From contig OZ004611.1 of the NCBI GenBank assembly GCA_963924565.1, positions 30,380,001 through 30,444,000 of the forward strand: a DNA stretch of 64,000 bases, read 5' to 3'. The DNA is from Ascidiella aspersa. Its lineage: Eukaryota. The notes under the pieces were generated by a model, which was given only the letters and a program-made list of their open reading frames with translations, was not told where the DNA came from and did not search any database. The position numbers and the translations under genes were made by a program. Of the stretch, positions 26,901 through 38,569 are shown piece by piece (position 1 is the stretch's first letter; the number at the start of each line of letters is the position of its first letter).

Positions 26901-29900
26901 TTCCTAAATGTTTTATCAAAAATGTACTTGAAGCACAAAAGTTCGGTCGTTTGTTTACAGGTTTCATTTTAAATCAATTTTAACCTTTGTATATTTCATA
27001 TGCAACATACAAACGACCCGTGATATGAAATCTATAGGTATTAATATCACACCCTCTTATGTCGTTTTTGCATTATTGCAATATAAAGTAGGCCTATATG
27101 CATAATAGGCTAAAATGCCTGCGATTAACTCGTTCGTTCTAAGCACAACCGTTAACATTTTGGTTTTGCTGGCAAACAGAGATACTGACAAAAAAAGTTG
27201 ATTTTAGTGAAGTAAAAATAATACACGCTTTAAATCATCCAAATTGTCAGTATTAAATTTTTTTTTATTTCGTTTTATTAAAATATTTTTGTTTACAAAT
27301 TAAAAACAAAAACTATAATCGAAAATAAGTAAACAAAATCATTTAGTCGGGCGATTAAATTTAAGATGACTTAAAAATAAGGGAGAAAATCTCGTCTTCG
27401 CAGTTATTTGTTTTGTATGAGTTTCCAAGATTGCTGTCTGTGAGAAAAAAAACCCGCAAGATTTAAGCGATTTCTAATCATGTAAAATCGATGAAAAGGC
27501 TTCTTTAGAACTAAGCGGTTTCGTCCCCTTTTCAACTCTAGTTATTAAAACTAAAACTATATGAGTCATAAACCTATTTTGTATTGGATTTTAAAACCTA
27601 ATTTAGGAGATAAGACAGATGTTTACTTTATTAAGCCTTAGTTCTTTAACTAACGAAAATAAAAATGAATTCCACATTTACTGTAACTTTAATAAATTAA
27701 ATTAAATTAAAAAAACAAAAAAAATTACAATCGCAAAACATTACATTTCCGATTTAATTATCAAACTATCGCCTTAATAAATATTGTGAATGTGGCCTCA
27801 CAGCATTTCAAACGCACTCGATAACCTTACTACAGTAATTGCTTACCAGGTAAATAAACAAGAAGAAAAATGAGTAATCCAAGTTTGTTCGGCAACCTAA
27901 GAAAACGTATTGAGAGAAAAAAATTCATGATTTTTTGTGCCTTTCTTTCAAAAAACAAGAAAAGAATAATTGTACTTCTGGTCATAACCTAAAAAAATAA
28001 TACTTAAAAGAAAATAGTTTCATGATTTTTTCGCGTCGTTCATATAGGCTGCTCTTAGGTCTCCAAGAGTTGCCCTGACTCGGTAAAAAAATGCCCTCGA
28101 AATGGTCGGAAACAAAACACCCAAGGGCCCACTTTGATGTAAGATTAGGATCTCACCCGCTCGTAGCAACATCAGGTAACACCGAGGCCAGGTCGTTCTA
28201 GCTGCGACGTCAGCGAATGAATTGGCGCGCGCGGAAAAATACCGAAAATCGTTCCCAGGTCGAGAGTTGATCAAGTTCAACATATGATGTCACTCAATTA
28301 TTTCTTGATAATTTTTCTGTTTTTTAATCGGGCTACGTTTGCTTTTTTCTTTGTTTATGGAGCTATAGTCCTGCGTTTCTTTCTGGGGTAAGTTCTTTGA
28401 CTTAATCTTGAATAGGTACACTATACACGGATCTATAATGTCGCGCAAAATGAATCAATTTTTGTTAAAAAAATAGAATTAAATAAAAACTACATACATT
28501 TTAATTAGGTGCACTATACACGGATCTATAATATAGCTTAAAAATGAATAAATTTTGTCAAACAAAATTTGCAATAAGCTGAAAATGAACCCTAAAGCCA
28601 AATAGGTCGTGTAAATGGACGTTATTATAAAGACGTTTTGAAACGCAATTGTATCATCACCAATTAACTTTTTAATGCGCTGTGTATAATTGTGCATCGA
28701 AACGTCTCTATTAGATTATTTTTACTCGGCCTATTTCGACTTGAAATTAATTTTCAAAAAAATCCTAAATATTGGATGAAATACATTCCACTATATGGAG
28801 TTAAATAGCAAGGTTTCTTTATAATTTGTGTTTTATTGTTGAACACATCCCAGTTCAAGTTTAGTTACAAACAAGACGGCAAGTTGTAACATTCCATCAG
28901 CAACGCCTTAAGAAAACGCAAATTCGCATTAGATTTAGGATTTTCTAAGATTTGAATTGACTTTTTGTCTTTTTTTTTTTAATCCTAACATCTCAACTGT
29001 GACGACATAGACCGATAAGTTAAACAAATAAAATCAACTTGATATTAAAGCAGTGGGCTATCCGCCAATTCAATGTTGACCCTATGAAAGTTCCCAGCAT
29101 TTAGGCAAGGTAATTACGCAGTAATTTTCTGCTTTAGTTGAAATCCTTGACCGAACTGAAAATGTCTGTTTGTTAGAGACCAAGTTGTAAAACTCTTTAC
29201 AAAAAATGTAATTCCATAATATTTTAACAACGTCTTAGAAAACGCAGAGTCGCATTTGATTTAGGATTTTCAGATATTTGAATTGACTGCTTTTTTTAAT
29301 TCCTACAGTTGTTCGTTTGTGATTGCGAGGTAGTATTTTCTTTTGAGTTATTTTTTAATAAACAGAACCAACTCAAATGCTTTTTAAACGTTTATATAAA
29401 GTTTACATAAATTGAAGCAATTTGAAGAAAGATTTTGAAAAAAAGATACTGATTTTTGAAAAAAAGATACTGATCGATAAACTTTAGTTTTATCGGCGCC
29501 ACGAATCCAATGTCGTCGTATCATTGTTGCAAAATAAAAAAAACTTAAAATCATTATTGCACAATAAAACTTCAAGAAAGTTAAAGCATCGATAACCGAA
29601 ATTCAATATCGCCGTATCACGTAAATCGTTCACCCTCAGAGGTTTTCTCGCGCGTTTAACGCTATAAACGCCTTCTCTCTTAAACAGACTTGACTCCTTT
29701 ATATAAGAAGCAAAGGGAAAAAATATCTTTGCAATTCTTGCAGGAATTCGTGCCTCAGGCGCCTCTCGAAGACTAAGGACTGCATACACCAACACTCAGC
29801 TTCTGGAACTGGAAAAAGAGTTCCACTACAACAAGTATCTTTGCAGGCCGCGGCGCATTGAGATCGCCAGTCTGCTCGACCTTACAGAGAGGTATTTCGT

Positions 29901-32900
29901 TTAGTATCATTACGTCCAGCGGATATTGTGTCGCCTACTTGTTCGTTCCAAATATTTGTGTTTTTTAACCGAATTATTAGTGGAACCCAAAAATTATTGC
30001 AGTTGTTATCATTGCACACCACATTTGTTTTGCACTTAAGCCCAATCCAAAACCTTATCTAATGCCAATTCCTTTTTAGTGGAACCCAAAGTTGTCTAAC
30101 CCAAAGTTGAACGTCGTCCTTTGTTTGAGATCCTCCAGCATTTTAAGTTAAGATCAACTTTATCAAAATTCGCTTGATATGCGCCAAAAACTAAGTATAT
30201 TAATTTAAACCTTAGACTATGCGATTCAAATTAAACTATTTGACTTGTTGGCCGTTGTTATAATTCATATTCTACGATTGCGATGTTAACCCTAAATCAA
30301 CCTTATTAAAATTACTTGGTTAAGTATTTTAGTGCACTATGCACGGATCTGTAATGTAGCTTGAACGAAATCCAAAGCTAAAAAAGTCAATAATTCGAAG
30401 TCATATTGATTAAGACGTTATGATACAAACTTGTGTACCTTACAGAGAGGTATATTTTATTATCATGACGCTTGGGTAACCTATGCACGGATCTGTAATC
30501 TAACTTGATAATGAATTTTAAAACTAAAAAAAGGTCAATAAACCGACATAATTTTGATTAAGACGTTTTAATACAAACTTGTGTACCTTATGCACGGATC
30601 TGTAACGTATGCTTGAGTATAAATTGCAAAGCTAAAATGGCCCAGTAAATGACATAATCTTGATTAAGACGTTACATGCGCATTGACTGTTAATGATACA
30701 AGGCAGTATATCGAAACGTTTTAACCAAGGGTACCGGTTTATTCGATTTTTTTATAGTTTTGCAATTGATTATTATTATTACGCCTGGGTACACTATGCA
30801 GTATATACACGCATCTGTAATGTAGTTTGAACGAATTGCAAAGCTAAAAATGTCAATAAATCTACATCATCTTGATTAAGACGTTTTAATACAAACTTGT
30901 GTACCTTACCTAGATGTATTTTTTAATTATCATTACGCCTGTGTACCCTATGCACGGATCTGTCTGATTTCGGTCCAAAACATGAGAAAATGAAATCGAA
31001 AAACATTCATTAAATAAAGCATTATTAACATTAACTAGATAAATGTACTATTTTTAGTCGCTTTGCGAGAATATTTTGCGTGGTTCTATGCGAGCATCCA
31101 GATGTGGGGCCCTGGTAATTAAATTGTTAAAAAAAAACTTGATAAAGAAAAAAAGATATAAAAATTGCATAGCTAAAAAGGTCGAACAAATCGACAACAT
31201 CTTGATTAAGACGTTTCGATCCGAATTAGTGTCACATTGACTCATAATTTATAATGATACAACTTCTCGAAACGTTTCAATCAAGATGATGTCGATTTGA
31301 TCGACCTTTTAGGCTTTGCAATTCATTATTGAGCTACACTTAAACAGGAAAATAGAAAGACGTCCCAAAATGACCTTAAATAGAAGTAAATGAGTAACCC
31401 GAAACAAGGACAACCTTTAGCGACAGAAATTAACATATTTTTTCCCGGAGAAAACGCGCCTCCCCCGCAATTTTTATCTATTTCGCTGCACTTTAGGCAT
31501 TTTTTTCGTTTTTTCCCGGTACTTATAGGTTAACCTTTATATTTTTTTTAAAAAGGTTCTTTTAGAAAAGGTTTATTTTTTGACACTCTATTTCATTCTT
31601 TTTTAAACATTTTTTTTTTTTTTTTTACTTTTTAAGTAATATTTTCATTATTTTTAAGTTTCCCCTTTTAAATGCTATTTTGCGTTTATTTTGGATGTTT
31701 TGTCAAACGTTATTCAAAGTCAAACTTTTATATATTTTTTTGTTTGTTTCCTTGAAGATTTCTCTAAAACCCTCGATTTATTTAAACCCCACTTTTTCTT
31801 GAAAACCCATTTCCGAATATGTTTTTTTTTTACTTTAAACGCTCTTCCATTTTCCGATATTTCCAAATTAACTATTTGTTACATCTTAAAATCCATAAAT
31901 TTTTTTTGGTTTTCTTTAAAATCCCTTAAAAAGTTTGCTTTCAAATTTTAACGCCATACACTTTTCGTATTTTTTTTTACCTATTTTTGCCGTTTCTATC
32001 TTGTTTCACAAATAACCGTTTCTTTTTTAATTTTCGTCAAGTTTTCATTTTTAAACTTTCAGTCCCGTTTCTATAGTTTAGGAACACCTTATAGAGCAGT
32101 TTCGTTAACCTTTGTAGTTCTGGGCGCACCTCGGCACCTTTTTTGGTTTTTAGGGTATACCGACATTTCTTTTGAATGGATTCCAGGTCTTTATTACAAC
32201 TTTTCCTTGGCAGTTTATCTATCACAAAGTCTAGAATAGGACGAAAGGCTTTCTATGGAACGAATTTTCTGGGAGAAAGTAGTTTTAAATTGACCTGACA
32301 CCTGTCTCGGTTTATTTTCCCAGGAAGCCGCTTTTAAACAAACGATTCAGACGAGCGCTAAAAGCTTTCAAAGACACGCCACACAATAACATCCGATCTT
32401 TGTGTGTACATTGTTTATGTTTGTGTAGAGCAGTGGTCTGCAAACTGTGGGCCGCGATAGGTATTCGGGCTTTGAGGTTTATGATTGTGAAGCTCAATGT
32501 TTAAAAAGTAGTTGTGGACCGCGTGAGAGTCGTACGTTCATTGTCTACATTATAAAGTGTAGCTATGAGTTTTTATCTTGGCTCATTGTTGCACAACCAA
32601 GCCACTAGGCCAGGGGTGGTAATTTACGGCCCGCGGGCCAGATCCGGCTCGCCAACGCAAATCATCCGGCCCGCGACCTATTTCACAAACTGGGCACGAG
32701 GCCATTCCTCAAATATTTTCTAGCTATTTCAACTACGAAATAGCAAATATTTTTTATGCGCTTTGCGCTAATCCTGTTCCTCCATCGAGTGTAAATTGCA
32801 AAACACCCTAGTTTTATCCCTGATTAACTGTCGTTGCGGTGACAATAACGTAAAGCATACACAGCTAACATATAGCGGCCCGCGGAACACCTTTTTTAGT

Positions 32901-34908
32901 TTGGTTTTGGCCCGCGACTAGAAAAAGTTGCCGACCCTTGCACTAGACCATGCCCCCCAAACTTGTAGTCCAGTTTCACTGTTAAAATACATTATTTTTG
33001 GCACATAATGTCAACTTTAGTCCGTTTTACTTAATTAGTCTATTGAGCCCAACAGTGTTATCATTCTATAGCTTCTTTCATCGTGTGAAATTACAGTTTG
33101 ACTATAAATGCCGTTATTTCGAGCAATATTCGAATCTAATTTACAAATTTCAGTTAAAATAGATTTAAACCCGTATGCGTTTAATTGAAGTTTTGCCAAT
33201 TTAAAACAAAAAACGCAATTTTCAAGTTCGCTCGAGGAACACGAAACTTGGACATTTTCAAAAACTTAACTATATATTTTCGCCCACACTGGCACACAAG
33301 GAAAAGAACAACAGAAATTAAGGACTTTTTTCAATCCAAACTATAGATTGCACCTTGTAGTTATAGGCTTAAATTTACACCAACACAGACGATCAGACAT
33401 CCAAGGATAAACAACAACAAACATTAAGGAATTTTTTTTAATCCTAACCATATATTTTTACCTATACTAGGCAAGTCAAAGTCTGGTTCCAAAACCGACG
33501 CATGAAGCACAAACGTCAGCAGCAGCAGACACAGAAGGACGGTGGCGACAAGGGCGACAAAAGCGACGACGCCGACAGCGCCGATTCGAGCGACGAAAAG
33601 GACGGAGAAGCCAAGGCTAAAGCCGGAAGCGACAGCGAAGCGGAGAAAAACGAAAATGGCGATTCGCCTCAAATTACGGCGCCACAATCTGCGGGAAATG
33701 AAGCTTCTTCATCCCGCGAGTTTGACGATAACCGGTCGAACACTACAAGTACAGCTGCTGCTGGTAACGATGTAAACTCACCAGGCGACTGTAAAAACGA
33801 TGATGAGCCTGATAGTAAGCGCAGTAAGCTCTCAAGTTGCGTGGGACATTCTCACGGCATTTTCCCGCAATCGGAGCCAATCGAAACCGTCCAGGAAGCT
33901 TCATTTCCAGCCGCAAACTTAAAGCGAAAGCTGAGTAGTGACCCGCGGGAAACGGCTCAGCAACCAAGCGCCAATGTAGCACAAACGCTCAACAATGAAG
34001 CTTGCTACGACCCCATTCCAAACCACAAGGCACTGGTTTCTGTTAAGGAGGAAAATACAACGTTACCAGCACTTGTACAGACCTACGAAGGCCAAGGCTA
34101 CAGCTACCAGCACCCTCAACACCAGCACCAGCAGGAAAAGACTGGTTATGAGGCTCGGGCTGTGTCGACTGCAACTGTACAGTACAGCGATGTACAGAAC
34201 CAGCAGCAACAGCACTACCAGCATCAGCAGCAGGCTAAGAGCAACTCCTGGCGGGATGCGTACACCTCCGCACCCACGGAGTACGCGGCTTGTGATCCTC
34301 GCTACCAAGACGCTCCAAAAACAACGCCCGGCGCCGAAGGACATGCCTACGCACCCGGGAACCGCTACCTTCAGTACCAGGGCGCCTGTAATCGCCGTGC
34401 GTCAGTCGCTTCAATGCATGAACGCTACGACTACACCCAACAGCATCTGCAAAGGCAAGCAAGCAGGCGAATGTCCGAAACATCTTACCCGAGCAAAAGC
34501 CTTGACTGGCAGGCTGGAAAAAGCGGCGCCCAGTACCGTAGCTCGCTACAGCTGGTGGCGGACAGCAGTGGCACGACCAAGTCCTCTTATCCAAGCGGAC
34601 GCGTGTTCACCCCGTACGATACGTCGTACAGTGACATGCGAGCACAGGGCGTCTACGGGAGTGACTACTTTGATTCCAGCTACACCAAACCAACGGGGAC
34701 GTCCGCTGGCGACATTAATGGTAAAGCTTACTTCAGAGCGGTTGCAAATCGTTGCGATTACAGCCCATCTGCGGGAAATGCGAGCTCCTATCCCGGCCGA
34801 CACTTCAGCCCGGCTCAGTTTGAGATCCACGCGCGGACAGTCACCCACGTGGACATTGCACAGACCGCTGGGTTGCTAGGCAATGCGCAGCGCGTCCTCG
34901 ACATGTAA
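5258..34908 (+). CDS. Hox2: Hox paralogy group 2 homeodomain transcription factor (Hox2/proboscipedia-like), join(5258..5972,29744..29891,33471..34908), 766 aa
   Basis: N-terminal [20 protein letters not shown] resembles the Hox2 GFINSQPSLAECL motif; hexapeptide FPWMREKK; spliced homeodomain [43 protein letters not shown]|[16 protein letters not shown] is diagnostic for PG2. GT-AG sites are phase-compatible (phase 1, then phase 2) and total 2301 nt. Micro-exons in intron 1 cannot be excluded. Confidence 0.93.
11414..11562. mobile_element. Short MITE with apparent 6-bp TSD
   Basis: CAGTGTTTT...AAAACCCTG termini flanked by tatatc on both sides; internal gcggtc repeats. Confidence 0.55.
11619..12118. 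mobile_element. hAT-type MITE (older)
   Basis: CATTGTTTCCCAACC...GGTTGAGAAACACTG; degenerate TSD (5/8). Confidence 0.65.
12488..12612. mobile_element. Family B repeat copy
   Basis: ggagcataatggttggaggttgtagtaagacg...gaacgtttcgaataactc followed by a short inverted arm. Confidence 0.65.
14190..14218 (-). promoter_or_regulatory. Candidate Pbx/Hox + Meis/Prep enhancer module in intron 1
   Basis: Minus strand TGATGGATGG(G) at 14190-14199 and TGACAG at 14213-14218, inside a GC-rich, apparently non-repetitive island (~13920-14345). Confidence 0.5.
14356..14570 (+). mobile_element. hAT-type element end (CAGGGGTTCTT), partial
   Basis: Homologous in reverse orientation to ~57660-57853; further related sequence at ~30960-31140. 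Confidence 0.6.
15442..15831. mobile_element. hAT-type MITE
   Basis: CAGTGATCGGCAAAC...GTTTGCCGACCACTG; TSD gtctaagc/atttaagc. Confidence 0.75.
16790..18220 (+). repeat. Two local duplications (~300-bp tandem pair; ~120-bp pair at 17704 and 18088)
   Basis: tacaaatacaaccag(g/t)gtggtaataatttaaga occurs twice; aagccaaaaattaaaacactatgactaaattcgcgccaaaaaccagtggct occurs twice. Confidence 0.75.
20003..20235. mobile_element. Family B repeat copy, inverted pair
   Basis: Same head as 49395; the inverted arm contains gatacctacttctgtat. Confidence 0.65.
21694..22144. mobile_element. MITE with AAGTC subterminal repeats
   Basis: CAGTGTTGT...ACAACAATG termini, flanks gccgcagg/gccgcttg; second copy in opposite orientation at 63659-63998. 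Confidence 0.75.
23169..23318. mobile_element. Family B repeat copy, inverted pair
   Basis: Near-identical to 49395-49579; retains TTGAAAA...GAAACGTTC on the minus strand at ~23244-23279. Confidence 0.7.
23855..24030 (+). mobile_element. Possible tRNA-derived SINE fragment
   Basis: B-box-like GAGTTCAAGTCC followed by a GC-richer body; no A box seen. Other isolated B-box fragments at ~15365-15420 (-) and ~35420-35630 (+). Confidence 0.35.
25856..26900 (+). repeat. ~185-bp tandem duplication decaying into a ~33-bp degenerate minisatellite
   Basis: tccat(g/a)aatgactggcagctc at 25856 and 26043; tatgacatatg x3; then repeated aagtcatttgc-aaatacctta-like units. Confidence 0.7.
28415..28740. mobile_element. 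Family A repeat, degenerate copies in inverted arrangement
   Basis: Two ggt(a/g)cactatacacggatctataat heads (28415, 28508) plus diverged arms in both orientations. Smaller fragments occur at 7524-7554, ~42530 and 45507-45600. Confidence 0.55.
29744..29891 (+). CDS. Hox2: Hox2 coding exon 2 (homeodomain residues 1-43)
   Basis: Acceptor ttcttgcag|GA at 29743/29744; encodes [49 protein letters not shown]; donor AG|gtattt at 29891/29892. Missing from the ORF track because it has no start codon. Confidence 0.93.
30331..31340. mobile_element. Cluster of family A repeats in Hox2 intron 2 (tandem and inverted copies)
   Basis: About five tatgcacggatctg heads with ttgattaagacgtt arms, and a fold-back at 31160-31340. 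Confidence 0.7.
32611..32940. mobile_element. hAT-type MITE in intron 2
   Basis: CAGGGGTGG...CCGACCCTTG termini, ggcccgcg subterminal motifs, TSD cactaggc/cactagac. Confidence 0.8.
33471..34908 (+). CDS. Hox2: Hox2 coding exon 3 (helix 3 and long C-terminal region)
   Basis: Branch-point-like cctaac at 33443-33448; acceptor ctatactag|G; encodes [16 protein letters not shown] in frame with the 33502..34908 ORF; stop TAA at 34906-34908. Confidence 0.95.
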
Positions 34909-37340
34909 GAGTCCTTCATTGTTTTTCGGTTAAGTTTTATTCCTTTTTGCTGCCCCGTTGAAATTAATTTTGAAAACCGCTTGCGTTTTGTTTTTTACTC
35001 GCTTTGGACCCAAAGCCATCAGCACTTTAAGTGAGCAATTTTTTACATTTGAATTGTAGAGAAACGTTATATCAATATGGTTGTTACTACTGAAACCATG
35101 TTTAGCGCATTACATGATTTTTCCCCCATATTAGTAGCCAATGTTGTGTGGAACTATCACACATGCCATACAGTTTTAAAATAACTAAAAAAAGCAAATC
35201 ATAAACGTTTAAAGCCAATCAAACCTTGAACATTTAAAGTAAACCAAAGCGTATAGTTCAAAATATTTTAAACCAAGTCAAGCACCAGCTGACAAAAAAT
35301 GGCGCTTATTCGTTCGTTGCAAGCCAACCTCCAAGTTGCACTCCCTACACTGCTATAAGTAAAAATCGGGGCTAAGCCTCAAGCAATTGACCGCACACGG
35401 GCAAAGCAAGCAGTACTTGGCGTCTGTAGTTAAACGCTCGTTTGCCGAGTTGTTTTGGTGCTACATGGGGCGTGGGTTAAAGTCCCACGAGGGATTTGGG
35501 GCTGTTTTCGCAAGCAAATGCCCCTTTGAGCGTTTGCTTTGATGGATGACCAGCAGTCTGGGCCATTGCGCTTTTTGCCGTATTTGGTGAATTCAGTGCA
35601 CTTTCTCAGCTAAAGGCGCCTCTTAACAAAAAAACAGCGCTCCCCAGAAAGATCTACACAGCGCAAAAAAATCTGTAAAATTTGAAGAGTTCGAAAACCT
35701 TAAAAACAGTGATTTTGGGTATCTATATTGGCATTCCCCCTAGGCTTTTGGACAAATGACGACTTGTTAGTAAAACTTGACTTGTTATTTATACTGGGAC
35801 AAAAAGTAACCCTTAAAATCTTACGAGTTTCCAAACCTTAAAAACGTGATTCTGTACATCTTCAGTGGCATTAACCCTAAATCACACAATGCATCTCAAA
35901 TACCATCTTTTTTAGTATTCAATTATGAACAGCAGTCACTTAATTAATCAACAACACTAGAATGAATTAAAAGATTGCATTTAAATGAAGTGTTAAAATT
36001 CCAGACCATTTGAACAATATAGGTTATGTTTTTTTTATTAACCATTTACAAGATAGCGCTTCACTATATTATCAAATGGAGCCAACAAAACTTGTCAATT
36101 TAACCCTTGCAAATAATCCCTTATAGGATAAGAACCACTGAACAACCTCAATGTACACATTTCAGGCGAAATGTTAATTTTAGATATCACCGCTTAATTT
36201 GTACTTTAAACCTTACAAAAAGACCTTTGATACTGAAAATGTCTGCCCAAAACTTTTAGTAAGCGCTGTACTATTTATAAAAAAGGAATTTATTTTCAAA
36301 ACAAAAAGGTTTGAGACAACTCAATAGATTTAGTTTTACAGGCGAATTTCTTCCTAATGATTATTTCATTTGTAAGAATTTAGGTTGGAATTTGTGTTAC
36401 AAGTAAAATCAAAGGAAACATACACCTAAAAAAAAATAATATTTAGCAGCTTAAATACGTTTAAAGGATTAATTTTTAGAATTTACTGCAGTAAAATGAC
36501 CTAAAACCACGTGAACGATTTAGGATTTTATCATGTGTGTTCGTCGACTTTTTTATTTCGAAGATGGTTATCAGACCTAAGCTAAGTGATTCTAAAAACG
36601 CGCTTTTTACCACAAAGAAATAATCTAGAGTAAGGTGGTCTGCTATCTATGGGAAAAAAACTAAAAAAGTCTGCAAAAAGATCGGTTAAAGTCTCCTTAT
36701 ATCCTTTAAACCAGTGCTTCCCAACTTTTGGTTCGCGACCCACTTTTAATGCAAGTTTTATTGTACAACCCACATGAGATATGACCAAATTGTTTAGCAA
36801 TAGTATGAAATGCATCTGATTGGAAATAGGATTACCAGTTACATAAAATCTGTATCTTTACTACTGACGTACGTCCTGGAATAGTTACAGTGACACAACA
36901 CATCTAATTTTGACATATTTGCGATATTGTTGGATTAATGCTACGTAATGATAATGCAATAATTTCGTGATCGAATAGAAAACTGTAACATTTAGAAACG
37001 CTTCGCGACTCACCAATGGGTCGAACTGCTTTACACCACGAATATTGCTACTTTGCTTAGAGAAACATTTTTCATTTAGCGTACTATACTCAAGGCAAAA
37101 GACGAACGTATAGTAATGCAATTTCGTTTTAATATATATCACCAAGACGCAACGAATAAATAGAGAATTGCGTAGAACTTTATTTATTGCTGTTTTTATG
37201 AGTTCGTATATTGTAGTACAGCGCTGCGGACTTTTAAAGTGTTAGATTCTTTTTATTTATTCGTGAAAAAAATATTGCTAAACCGTTCAATTTTCTTGTT
37301 TGTATAAACTGTTGCTACCAGGCATAGTAATATAAATATA

Positions 37341-37540
37341 AAAAACAGCTCGTCTGGTAATTTTCATTCTTTACGAACGTTTCGGCAACCTATACAAGCC
37401 GCCTTCGTCAGGGTGAATGACACTGAACGCTCGTACAATAAATGGAAAAACACACGAAGGAAAAAAGCAGAAAAAAAGGCGCATAGGTTGCAGAAAACGT
37501 TGGTAAAAAATTAAAATTACCAGAGGGGCTGTGTTTTGAT
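37341..37540. mobile_element. Fold-back element C1
   Basis: aaaaacagctcgtctggtaattttcattctttacgaacgtttcggcaacctat is imperfectly inverted at ataggttgcagaaaacgttggtaaaaaattaaaattaccagaggggctgt. Confidence 0.6.
37364..37420 (-). ncRNA. Minimal hammerhead ribozyme motif (fold-back element C1)
   Basis: Minus strand TCATTCacc-CTGACGA-A-GGCGGCTT(gtat)AGGTTGCC-GAAA-CGTT-cgtaaaGAATGA. Confidence 0.6.
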
Positions 37541-38065
37541 TCATATTTCTTGTTTGTTTTGATATTAAAGTATAAAAAAATTACGATTGCGGATTAATAA
37601 TTGCAGCAACTGTTTTTTTATATTGGTGAATAAGTTCCAAGACGTAAGATTAAAACATTCCACAACTTAAAAAGTTTTAGACCAAAAGCGCTCTCTAAAA
37701 TAAATATTTTGGCACCTTAATCAAAATAAAAAACTTTTTCTTTTGTTTGAGCGTCACGTTTAACAGTTCGACGCTCCTTTTTAATGTAACTTTGTGACGT
37801 CACATATAAACCTAATATCATGACGTGATCACAATTTTATTAAATACCCCTTTCCAAACAAAAATTACCTCCCCTGATGAGACTTACAAGTAGTGTGGAA
37901 CGGCTTAGCAACACGTTAGAAAAATACCCACAATTACAAATAAGCGATTTGTACATTTTTGATCTTCTGTTATACGTTATTTATATCATCTTGCCTTTAG
38001 TTTATGTTTATCGTTTGTGAGACCTTTAATAATTCTCGTTTTGTACGTGTTGCCTTTGTATACAC

Positions 38066-38569
38066 CAGTGTTTCTCAACCTTTTTTAGTGGTGACCCTAA
38101 TATTAACAGAATACTGTGGCTATTCAATTAATTATCTTCGCTGAACCTTTTTTTTTAAATTGATGCTTGAATTAAACAATGAAACCTGAACACACACATG
38201 TGTGTTTACTGACCGGAGGGCCGGAGGTCGTGAGTTCGAACCTCACTGCAGGCTAGTTGTTTTTCTAGTCTGCTCTGCTTGCATCAATGATGTACAGATT
38301 CGGTGAAGAGTCTACAATGGCTTTCGGTATTGAATTGAACAAAGAAGAAATTAAATTGAAAACAAAAGAAACGGCATTATTAAAGTCAATGCTATTAAAT
38401 ATGGATCATATCGTTGTTTTGCTTCAGCAATTTTCTTAAATTTTGAAAAAACCCTTGCTGAGAACCAATTTCAATAAATCTAACTATATAAAACTACTTA
38501 AGTCGGTGACCCAACCAAATTAAACGTCCACCAAATTTTGGGTCGCAACCAATTGGTTGAGAAACAATG
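38066..38569. mobile_element. hAT-type MITE with a nested insertion
   Basis: CAGTGTTTCTCAACC...GGTTGAGAAACAATG; TSD gtatacac/gtacaaac. Confidence 0.75.
38178..38330 (+). mobile_element. Truncated, rearranged copy of the tRNA-like element nested in a hAT MITE
   Basis: ccggaggtcgtgagttcgaacctcactgcaggctagttgtttttctag... matches the reverse complement of 46777-46884. Confidence 0.7.

Noticed and set aside
29671-29706. Stronger-looking upstream acceptor ctctcttaaacag for exon 2
   Set aside because: Wrong phase for donor 5972, and the homeobox frame has TAA at 29704-29706.
33424-34879. Alternative-frame and antisense ORFs over exon 3, including the 294-aa ORF at 33995-34879 (similar ones overlie exon 1)
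   Set aside because: These are shadow ORFs of GC-rich coding sequence with no recognisable motifs.
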